Positions 54,155-64,000 of a stretch of 64,000 nt of DNA are shown here, in pieces. Location: assembly GCF_006345805.1 (NCBI RefSeq), contig NW_021833914.1:1-64000 (forward strand), in the 5' to 3' direction. The position numbers and the translations under genes are program-made. The number at the start of each line of letters is the position of its first letter. Within the stretch, counting starts at the first letter, position 1. The stretch comes from Octopus sinensis. Lineage: Eukaryota. The notes beneath the pieces are model-generated. The model had not been told where the DNA came from. It saw only the letters and a list, made by a program, of their open reading frames with translations, and searched no databases.

Positions 54155-56625
54155 TCAAATTCCATAAACTTTACGTATAAGACAAGTCAGGGACTGTTGA
54201 TCGTACTTAAAATACTTAGTCGGCGTCGAAGAAAAGGAGAATCTGGCATAACTCATAACTTCCTGCTGATACTTCTTTACAACGAGTACACAACACTTGG
54301 CACAAATATCCTTCCGCTGTTGAACGTCGGCCAAATACATATTTCCATGAGATCTGGCAATATCCTCCAAATCCTTATTAAACACCTACCACAATAACAT
54401 GCACTCAGTCACATTAAACATGTCTTTAATGGCCTTCCGTTCCCGCTCCCTCAACTATAAAATAATATAATTAAAAGACAACTTCTGATCCAGGTTTGTA
54501 TACATCAATCTCAAATGGCTTGAACAAATGTTCCCATCTTTCATGTATAATAAACAATGTACATTTGTAAATATTCCCCCTCAAACTTGGCAATATTCTT
54601 GCTTATTCTACTCTTGGAGTCCTCCAATAGTCGAATTGTGATCTATCCCTACAAAATCGCCAAACAAGACATGCCTATCACTCGTCGGGGAAAATACCAG
54701 AAAGGACAGATTCCTCAGAATATATGTAAAATTGTTCATTAGAAACACATTTCTTATCCCCGAATCGCCATAAAGGGTCGCTTTCTGCAGGAGATTGGCC
54801 TCCAAAGGTGGGAGAAATCCCTTCACTGCCATTCAACCAACCCACCTACCAATAAAATCGACAACATTAAGAGTAGCAGCAGACAAGGACACGTCCGAAC
54901 CTATCAAATGAGTCAAAAAACACATTTCTCTGAAAAGGAGACTTCACTCCGCCTGAGGTAGTATATTTTCAGACACTCCCCCACGCTCTGTTTATTCTCA
55001 AATATTATTTTTAGAAACGGCATTGTCTGAATAGACTTAACATACCAATACTTGGCAGCCAACTCATGCACATTCCCGTCTGGGGGCATTGACGAGTTGT
55101 TTATTGGGTCAATCTGGCAATTTATATGACAGAATAAACCCTTATCAACTCCAGTTGTCGTTCCATGATTTTTCCTGCCATGTTCTGCAGATCGATGTAT
55201 AGGAAAGTTATTTTGGACGAAAATGCCTCCAATGCTTTCAGATTCTTTTGAACACAAATCTTGAAGCCTGACTCAATTTCGTTTATATTCCTCAGACCAC
55301 CCAAAAGGGAGAATAAGGCGGTTGAAATCCCCTCACATGTTGCCAATGTTATTATCAAATTGTCCAATTTCTATATTTTATGTTTAGTTCTCCACCTTGG
55401 AGTCACTTTCGAGTGGTTCAAGTCGAGGAATAATTATCATTTTGAATATTTGATTCACAAGCGACTTGCCAAACTGGGAAAAAGTGGCTTTAATAAGATC
55501 GAGCTCAGTCTCGGCCAGAATGGTCAAATTATACAAAGACAGAACCAGCAAATCGACACTAAAACCATCCAAGTCCCCCACGTTTTTACGAATGGCAGCC
55601 TGGGAGGCGTTCAAAGGGGAAAATTTTGAAATATTCCTATCACATAAAGTCACAACAAATACTTCAAATGTGAGAAATTACGATAACTGGGACTACACTA
55701 TTGGAATAAATAAAAAGTACAACTGAAGCAGGAGTCTGGTGGGTTGTTTCTGGTCGACTAGTCGTCCGTAAACACTCAAATCTCGCCGTCACAAATAAAT
55801 CCATAAAATAGTCCAATTTACTCTTCAAATTGACTTTAATCCAGTTATAAGAATTTGCCAATTTATTTATTTTGTTGACTGACCGTGAATAATATCCAGC
55901 CAAATTATTTCGCACTGAAAATCTAAGTCGGGAAATACCCTTAAAATTGATTCCCGCGTCGTTTTGTGGAATTCCGTGGTAGTTCCGAGAGCGGGAAAAT
56001 GACTGGGGAGTGTTTGTGACAGAATCAGCAGTTCTGGACATAAAAATGGACTGATCGGGAGTAAAATTATCCTTAATAAAACAGATAATGTCATTTTCCA
56101 GCTTAGAAACAAGCGAATCGAATAAAATTGCCTTTTTTGGTGAGAAATAAAATACAGCGGTTTTAGTCTCGATGGATTCCGGACGATTGGAATGGAAAAA
56201 GTCCTTCGCCTTATTCACAGCATCCAAAACACTGATCATTTCAGAGAGATCGTTGCTGGATGACATTTTTGTTATTAAATATGCCTTATTTTGTCGACTC
56301 CGATCTTGTTTATATTTTTGATGACCTGATAGTGGAGGATTATTGAATCGGTCTGTTTAAGGGCCTCCACGTAGGCTGAGATGTAGTGAGAGAAAGATAT
56401 ACCATGACAGTTCAGTTGAGAAAGGGAGGATTTGTCAAATATGCACGAGAATGAATCTTCAATGCTCTTTAGTTGAGAGGAAAATGACTCTAATGTAGCT
56501 ACATATGCGTTTGTCGAACTGTCAATGTTAGCCAAAAAATCTTTCATTAAATTCAATCTATCTGTATACTATAAATTAAACATAATTTGTGATTATTTAA
56601 CATTTGGATGATCAAACTTATCCAT
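54155..56625 (-). CDS. EXOC7: Exocyst complex component 7 (Exo70), multi-exon
   Basis: N-terminus TLESFSSQLKSIE...QTDSIILHYQV, LEANLLQKATLYGDSGIRNVFLMNNFTYILRNL and C-terminus FNKDLEDI...SFSSTPTKYFKYDQQSL are all Exo70-characteristic. Confidence 0.88.
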
Positions 56626-56881
56626 CCACACACCAACAGGAATTTTAAATTTGTAATTTTATATGAATTAGTATTATTTAATTTATGACAATTTTAGTTA
56701 ACATTATTTTTAACTAATAGAATTTAAATTTCAGAAAAAAGATTTAAAATATTCTATTTCAATATTCTATAGTGTAGAAATAATAACAGTTCAGAATTAA
56801 ATTTAGTAATTTTACTATAATTTAATTATACTATAATTATATTATTTTTATATTAATCAACGGTCAACCTAATATAATAAA

Positions 56882-57417
56882 ATGTCTACGTACAATATGA
56901 TGTGTTACTGTGCGTTACTATGTTGAACCTAAGAAGTAAAAGAAATTTGTCACTTAAAAATTCGAAAATTCGAAAAATTAGAAATAGAATGAATGCTAAA
57001 TTGACTCTTGAACAATATATTGACACCGTCAAATTCCGTATTCAAACGCTAAAAGAAGAAAAAGCAAGACTGGAAGAATCTAATCGTGAATTATCATTAA
57101 AAAACGACTACTTAATTCAACAATTAAGTCTCAATGCCCTGCCAAAGTCTACAGAACTTACGTCTTCTCTGCAGCAGAAGAATACAGTGGCATTATTTCT
57201 TCTCCTTATTACTTTCCTTGCAGTGGAAAATGGGAAGAAATCTATATTTTTGAAGTCTTCGAATCGACCTAATTTGGTTATAAAATCGAGGATCTTTAAT
57301 TCATTTAAGGAATTGGATCGAAGAAAAACTTTTCATAGGCACTATGTTGACTATGATTTTTTTGTCGCGATATTTTGTTGTGACATTATTAAAAAATTTA
57401 ATTGGTTTTATAAATAA
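56882..57417 (+). CDS. Small CREB3/ATF6-like bZIP protein with C-terminal hydrophobic segment
   Basis: RKIRNRMNAK...QYIDTVKFRIQTLKEEKARLEESNRELSLKNDYLIQQL is followed by VALFLLLITFLAV. A putative first exon starts at ATG 56882, joined by a 44-nt intron. Confidence 0.6.
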
Positions 57418-58117
57418 ATGGCTTTATTCTTAAACATTTTTATTGTTTATGACTTTACTTTTATTTGGATTTAAGTGTTAGAACGAGTATAACCATGCTT
57501 TTACACACCAAATAATCTGACAAGTTATTTTTAAACCGGAGAACTTTTGAGAAATTAGTTACTTGTCAAATGAGAACTGAGCTTTTTCAGTTTTTTAAAA
57601 TTTTATAAAAATATTTGTTTGTATGTTTTAGGAGATTGATTCTGTAAATAATAAAACAATAACTGGCATTTACTGCATTCTAAGTATTCCTTCTACCGAA
57701 ATATGCAATTTTTGCGAATATTTATTTTGAATTCTTCAAAAACACTTAAAGAAAATATGAATAAAATTAATAGTAAAGCTCAATTTAATGAAGGTTCACT
57801 TCTTTACGACTGTCTAGTGAAAATTATTTCGATTTTTATAATCAAGAATGGAGTTATCTCAACATGCTACAGGAATTATTAATAGTAGATACATTATCTT
57901 CATAAAATTTAAAATCGTTGTGGTGTTGTGGCGTGTTTATCGTTTTTGACAATTATCTAATGTGTCAATAGAGAGTATAAATATAATCTGGAACTTGGAT
58001 CGATGTCAGATAGACATTTGACTTTTTCGATCAGAATTTATATATCACGTGCTTTCTCAGTCCGGAATTCCGAACGCAAATTTTGTGAAAACCTTAATCA
58101 ACAAATAAAATATTATT

Positions 58118-58507
58118 TTGAAACTCAACAATAAAAGGATTGAAACTGTAAAACTGGGAAGAGAAATCCGGCAAGAAGATTCACTCTATGGATCCGTTAA
58201 GTATGATCTTAAATATGAAGTTCCGGAAGGTGTGTCTAACCAAAGTCATCTGCTTGCGGTCTTATATTTGACAAACTATTTGTTGTTTATTGAAAACGTG
58301 AAAATAATTGGTGAGAATGAGAATATTGTTTTAAAAATGATGAAAGATTTTTTCGATGTTTTTTGCTTCAAGAGGGACTCAGAAAAATCTCAGACCAACT
58401 TGCACTATGTGAAAGATACAAAATGTCTGTATGACTGCGTTGGGCAACTTTACCAGGGAGTTCTGGAGGATAGAAATATCAACGTCAAGAAAAACGAAGT
58501 AATGTGA
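58118..58507 (+). CDS. Hypothetical ORF/exon, unrecognised
   Basis: It is a 129-codon open frame in AT-rich DNA. An upstream ATG at about 57983 is out of frame, and no motif was recognised. Confidence 0.3.
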   Translation: MKLNNKRIETVKLGREIRQEDSLYGSVKYDLKYEVPEGVSNQSHLLAVLYLTNYLLFIENVKIIGENENIVLKMMKDFFDVFCFKRDSEKSQTNLHYVKDTKCLYDCVGQLYQGVLEDRNINVKKNEVM

Positions 58508-58509
58508 CC

Positions 58510-59930
58510 AATTGCTCGCAGCTACTGATCTGGCAATTCGCTGTATTCTAATCAATTTACGAATAGATCTTAATCCTGAAAATAAATAACGATTTCAGAA
58601 ATTTCTCATTTTCTAGGATCCTAGTTTTTAGGATCCTAGCGGGATAGTTATTCCTTCAGTTGTTTTTAGTCGGATCTCTTCTCCTTTGTTTTCCATATTA
58701 CTTAGTCTGTTGAAAACCTTCCAAAAATGAGGGTTTTTCTTATTCAGTTTTTAGCATTGTCTCTTCATAGCAAGGTCTGAATGATTTTTGCGACATCATT
58801 TATCTCTGTTTTCACGGTACGAATCTTATCCCGAAGACGAATGCAATATATGGTGTCACTGCATCGTCTTAGCTTCTTTTCAAGGTTTCCCTTCCATTTT
58901 ATAAGTTTTCCCAAAGATTCGTCAATCCGGGTTTTTCTGTTACTATTTGACATGATGTATTTTCTGACCGAAGATTTTTGGAGAAAATCCAGTTAGCTTC
59001 TCTGAGAATTTTATCGAGTTTTTCAATTTTTATATTTGAGGAGATGTTTTCTATTGGATACGGTATCAAATGCATTTTCATTGATATCTCGAAGTCAGAC
59101 CAGATTGTCCGAGACGTATCATATCCGATGAAAAGATCTTCGCATATCGTAGATGATGTTTGCATACATAAAGATTGAGGTAGGTGATCACTACCAATGT
59201 TTATCTAAATTCTTGGTATGCTGCATTGATGAACAAGATCAGCCGATACAAGAAAAACTTCAATACAATCCTCCCCATAACAAGAGAAATGGTTTGGTTC
59301 TTGTAAGGTCAAAACACTAAAGCCGCAGTTCTTCGATAATCTGAGGAGTATATGACCGTCCGAATTTGTATTAGCACACCAGTACGATGTGTGTTTTGCG
59401 TTAAGGTCTGCTATTAGAATTCCTCCATCATTGTTTTGGAAAAATTCTTCAATAAGATTTGGTTAATTCTTTATTGCTTTGGAGTACATAGCTCCTACAG
59501 ATATCCATCCAAGGAATGTTAGTAGTTTCAATGCAATTAGTTCGCAAAAATTTCTTCAACGATTTTCAAGTCCCTCACCATTAGATTGTCTTTATAATGT
59601 CAGGTCGCCATGGGATATCAATCGACTGAAAACCATGGATTTTGTGATGCTGCTTTCCCTTAAGCTTTGTTTTATTAACAACCAATATGTTTACCGATCT
59701 AACCAAGTAGCTTAGCTCTGTAGCCCGTTTCCGAATTGACCGGGGGTTGATAAGCGTAAAAACGCTCATCTCGTCAAGTTTTGGTGACTGTCCTCCATAA
59801 AGAGCGCCACCAGTTCCAGTAAATTTTTAAACGTTTTTTTAGTCGTCGTTTTCGATTTAAGATGGAGATCCTCCAATTGATTCTTGGAGTATTTTTTATG
59901 ATTTTCTCTGGGTGGCCCTCATGGAGATAA
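58510..59930 (-). mobile_element. Decayed LINE: end of ORF1 and APE/early RT part of ORF2
   Basis: INPRSIRKRATELSYL...ILVV, ADLNAKHTSYW and IGSDHLP motifs occur across frameshifts. Confidence 0.75.
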
Positions 59931-60319
59931 AGTCAGGTATTAATGCTGATCTTTTTTTCCTCTATTTCCCAACGAGATTTTCAACAAAATTTTTTCCAAA
60001 TCAGCACAGGTAGCACATAATTTTCTTTTGTTGGGAGATTTGAGAATATTACGAGCCTGGTTATAAGCAGTCGAGGATTCATCTAGAACAGGGGTCTCCA
60101 AACCCCGGCCCGCCATGTGATTTAATCCGGCCCGGCTGTTATAAATATCTTTTTTTGGCAATAAGAAAGGAAATAGATTTGTTTCTCATAAAGAAAAACT
60201 GAAAAGAACCACTTTTGTCAGACACAGAATGGCTTTGTAGATTGGCTTTTTCGTGGACATTACAGGCCATATGAATGAATTAAATCTCAATTCGCAAGGT
60301 TAATTTATTATATTTTTTA

Positions 60320-61037
60320 TACCATTTCCTATACTAAATGGGAATTAACGTCAAACAAAGTGGTATTAACGTCAAACAAAGTGGGATTAAGGTCAACTAT
60401 GTGGGATTAAGGTCAAACAAAGTGGGATTAACGTCAAACAAAGTGGGATTAAGGTCAAACTATGTGGGATTAAGGTCAAACAAAGTGGGATTAACGTCAA
60501 ACAAAGTGGGATTAAGGTCAAACTATGTGGGATTAACGTCAAACTAAATGGGATTAAGGTCAAACTATGTGGGATTAACGTCAAACTAAGTGGATTACGT
60601 TTATTATAAATATTATATTTCGACGCAGCAAATAAAAATGCCACGTAAATCATTGGAAGAGAAAAATCAAATGCATAGAAATAAAATACATTTAATTTCA
60701 GCTGCAGAATCAGGTGGAGATTGGAAAAAAACAGCACTTGAACTCAATATCCCGAGAACAACGAGAACAATATAATTGGATGCATCTCAAATCTAGGACT
60801 CATTTACTGTAAAATCCGAAGGGGAGCTTTTAAAAAAGAGCAGATATGGTTAACATAAAATTTTAAAAAAAGAATTTTTGGTGTTAATCCCATTTAGTTT
60901 GACGTTAATCCCACATAGTTTGACCTTAATCCCACTTTGTTTGACGTTAATCCCACTTTGTTTGACCTTAATCCCACATAGTTTGACCTTAATCCCACTT
61001 TGTTTGACGTTAATCCCATTTAGTATAGGAAATGGTA
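60320..61037 (+). mobile_element. IS630/Tc1-like non-autonomous element with foldback-like arms of 21-bp tandem repeats
   Basis: Termini TACCATTTCCTATACTAAATGGG and CCCATTTAGTATAGGAAATGGTA are flanked by TA. There are about 12 units GGGATTAA(C/G)GTCAAAC(AAA/TAT)GT on the left and about 6 inverted on the right. The core encodes an HTH (ISAAESGGDWKKTALELNIPRTT) resembling that at about 6290-6360. Confidence 0.85.
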
Positions 61038-61397
61038 TAGTTTTGAAGGTGAATATGCTCTTATTTGTGATTTATTCACAGATGTCAAGGCATTTAGGTA
61101 AAAACTAGTGCTTTTTGGAAAACAACTCAAAAATAAAAACTGTTCATTTCGCATTTTGCGAAAATTTCTGTAAAGAAAACGTTTGTAAATTTCCTGTCGA
61201 ATTTGGTACCCAAATAATTAAGGATTTGAAGAAACAATTTCTTAAACGATTTTCTGACTTTAACAAGAGAAACGATGAAATAAGGTTTTTTGATAGTTTC
61301 ATTCATTGAAGGTTATTTTAAAATCCTTTTCAATGCGAAGCCGAAACTATTCCAAGTTATCTTCAACTTGAAATAATTAAACTCCAATCAGATAATA

Positions 61398-62923
61398 TGT
61401 GACATGGGCGGCTGGATACGTATGGGCAACCGGTTACATTTTTGACCTTGTAGATGTCAATTTTTAATCATCGATAACTTTGTTTCCCCTCCACTCTAGA
61501 GCCAGTCGGTCTCTGCCGGAGTGATGGAAAGCGTCCTGACGGGATGACTACCTTCCCTTTCAGGGAAGGCAAGTCCCTGATTTGGGACGCAACTTGTGTT
61601 GACTCGTTCTCTGCGTCGGTGTTACTCAAGTCCATCACTAACCCGGGTTCCGCCAGTGCTCAGGCTGAAGAGGCTAAGAGGTCGAAGTATGGAAATATTT
61701 CGGACTCTTACGAGTTTGTCCCCCTCGCCTTCGAAACATCTGGAATTGTCGGCAGGTCTGCGACTCGCCTTCTTGCCAACATTACCAGGAGAATCGCCAA
61801 GAAGACCAACGACCGGAGGGAGACGAGCTGGCTCTTCCAGCGAATCTCGGTCGCAGTGCTCCGCGGAAACTGCCACTCGATACGCAGTGCGGCGACTTTG
61901 AGCTGACCTCCAGGCTCTTTATTAATTCGTGTATAACTTATTCCCCATTTTAATTAAATATTTGTTATAAAAAAAAAACTTGAAAGAATAATGCATTTTA
62001 ACAAAAAAATTAAAATTAATCATTTTTTTAGTCTTGCCATTGGTACCGTCCAAATCTCTCCTTTATCATATTTTATCTATTAAATAAAAATGATTGATTT
62101 GCCTCGACTCGATTATTTGATAAAATGTTAATTATTTCAGCGCCCGGATAGAAAGGAGACTCGAATTTATCCATCCCCTGTGTACGGGGATTGTTTGGTC
62201 TTCCATGTATCTGAACTAGATTGAACTCTTCGCATAGATCTCTCAGAGACACATTCTTGAATTCTGAACCATTATCTAATTGCAAAATTTTTCAAGGTCT
62301 ATATAGGTAGAAAAATGATCTTAAGTTGTTGCATACTTCTTTTGAAGATTTATAAAAAAGTGTTCTGACAAATGCAAATCTGAATAAATTGTTGAGAGAC
62401 CTACTACCAACCTACTATAACACCTACTACCAACCTATAATTATTACAAACTTTTTTAGATCTACAAGATCTAGCTGAAACCTTTCATTCGGAGAAGAAG
62501 CAAAGATATGATGATTCATATCACCAACCTAAATTAAAAATTAAAAAGAATTAAAACTTTCAATGGACAGGCAAATTTACATACTTCACAATTTCGAATG
62601 ACTTTTGTGATTTGTTTACTCCTCCGTGTGAATATTCGTGTAGAGATTTAGCTACATGCTCCATTTCAGTTTCGTTGTCAAAGTAATACAATCTGTGCAT
62701 TAATCGTAAATATAGAGTACCTTTCATTGATTATTGTAAAATTCTCGATCTTTTTTATAAGTCTATATTTTGCTTGCCTAAAAAAATCTTCGGGAATTTA
62801 TTTTCCAAAGCATCTTTTAAAATTCGATACTCTGAAGAATCTTTGACATAACCTCTATAAGAAGCCATTAAAAGGTCAAAAAATGTAACCGGTTACCCAT
62901 GCGTACGCGTTGCCCATGTCACA
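61398..62923 (-). mobile_element. Ginger-type integrase DNA transposon with spliced, decayed DDE integrase
   Basis: It has about 50-bp imperfect TIRs TGTGACATGGGC...ACCGGTTACATTTTTGACCTT and a 5-bp TSD TAATA. Motifs are HEYSHGGVNK, PNERFQLDLVD, LQLDNGSEF and HGRPNNPRTQG. Removing the element restores QSDNILKDKY in the host hAT. Confidence 0.88.
61485..61980 (+). mobile_element. 5'-truncated CRE-clade retrotransposon with A tail, nested in Ginger
   Basis: EPVGLCRSDGKRPDGMTTFPF...LIWDATCVDSF...FVPLAFETSG...QRISVAVLRGN is open to the stop at 61906, and an A-run follows near 61970. Confidence 0.9.
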
Positions 62924-64000
62924 TAATATTCTGAAAGATAAATATGAAAAACAGAATATTATTCAATTTTATAAATATTTAAATTCTAATCAATTTCCAA
63001 TTTTGAAACGATACGCATGCGGATTTATATCTACTTTTGGTACAACATACCTTTGTGAACAAACATTTTCAAGAATGAAATATGTAAAATCCAAATATCG
63101 AGCAACTTGTCGGATGAGCACTTAAAGTTGCTTTTGATAATCGGAACAACAGACTTGACGCCTGATTACAATAAAATATATAAAACGAAAAGTCAGTTTC
63201 ATCATTTTCATTAAAAGCTAATGTTTAAATCTTTCTTGTTATTCTGTCTTTTTAGTCGTAGTTAAAAAATTAGGAACATTATTAAATCTAATTGATTTTA
63301 CACTATGGCCCACGGTCATCTACCAAATATTCTATCCGGCCCGCGTTGTCAAAAGTTTGGAGACCCCTGATCTAGAACTTGGAGCCCGTGCATTTCAAGA
63401 TGGTCAGCAATAGGCAGGATTTTTGTTTCCCGATAGAGGTGGTCAATGGTGGAAGATTCTAAACGTCTGATTCTCGTTCTAAGCCCAGCATTCTATGTTT
63501 TCTCTTGTTATTTACTTCAACGTAGATTTAAACATAAGTTACTTTGTTACAAATGAACTTTATTTACGTCGTTTCAACATAAAAAAATGTTTGCCAGGAA
63601 ATTTAGTAATCATACAAGTTAATTACAGCTTTTCATTTTATTTAGTCTCTTGTTCTTTTACTAACTTGTTCAATTGCTTTTGCATAAAGATATTTTCCAT
63701 GTGGGAGCCGAACGCTTTATTTTGTGTTAAAAGCTACATGATCCTTAATTGACACCAAGCTCCTACAAGATAGTGAGACTAGAGTTAAATGACAAGCAAA
63801 GGACTTCAATGAAAAACAAAATTAATAAACTAATCCCAAAAATTCCAATGATGAGTCAGCATAAAACCTTTTTTACTTTATTAGCTTAAAATCTGTTTGA
63901 GTTTTGTTTGTTATTTTAACTTTTTGACAAATAAATTAACTTATATTAAATTGTTTTAATCATAATATAAGTTCATAATTTGTTATAAATTATTAATCAA

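Larger units (their letters stand above)
60089..63369 (+). mobile_element. hAT (SPIN/Charlie, GTF2IRD2-like) element, internally deleted, hosting three nested elements
   Basis: TIRs CAGGGGTCTCCAAAC and GTTTGGAGACCCCTG are perfect, as is the 8-bp TSD ATCTAGAA. Motifs are FFVDITGHMNELNL, LICDL, NPF, LQLEIIKLQSD and FGTTYLCEQTFSRMKYVKSKYR. Confidence 0.93.
59940..63500 (-). mobile_element. LINE ORF2 C-terminal fragment split by the hAT insertion (59940-60088 and 63370-63500)
   Basis: The frame TIDHLYRETKILPIADHLEMHGLQVLDESSTAY reads continuously across the TSD once 60089-63377 is removed. Confidence 0.65.

Noticed and set aside
60338-61020. CRISPR-like array
   Set aside because: The units are contiguous 21-bp tandem repeats without unique spacers, they are mirrored as inverted arms of a TA-flanked transposon, the context is eukaryotic and there are no cas genes.
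60393-61108. Repetitive proteins (LTLIPHS/LC)n and (GLRSNKV)n
   Set aside because: These are translations of the 21-bp tandem repeat, whose length is a multiple of 3.

Overview
This is AT-rich eukaryotic, very probably metazoan, genomic DNA. Compact host genes are split by ultra-short (about 20-33 nt) GT-AG introns and embedded in dense, often nested, mostly decayed transposon sequence. Host genes I can reconstruct: KIF21-type kinesin with C-terminal WD40 (5' part outside the window), an eS31/RPS27A fusion whose ubiquitin moiety is highly divergent (26/76 identical to ubiquitin by hand alignment), meiotic cohesin REC8, CCDC180, a RING-H2 E3, TTC1, an ARM-repeat protein, a PAR/NFIL3-type bZIP, EXOC7 (Exo70), a CREB3/ATF6-like bZIP-TM protein and one spliced orphan. 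A compact 144-nt U1 snRNA lies on the minus strand at 44410-44553. Mobile elements include Tc1, pogo, IS630-like, hAT (with exact 8-bp TSDs), a hAT MITE, Ginger-type integrase transposons (TGT...ACA ends, 5-bp TSDs), and CRE-, R4-, L2-, RTE- and other LINE-type retroelements. Micro-introns plus ciliary genes fit a dicyemid-like mesozoan; this is inference and was not tested. The strongest leads are a possible micro-intron splicing system (reduced U1 stem-loop 4 and altered loop I and Sm site, next to 24-30 nt introns), hAT and Ginger transposases that carry the same micro-introns, and a FUBI-like non-ubiquitin leader on eS31. Several frameshifts fall in homopolymers and may be assembly errors. 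All alignments were done by eye from memory of the families; no searches were run, and many element boundaries are approximate.
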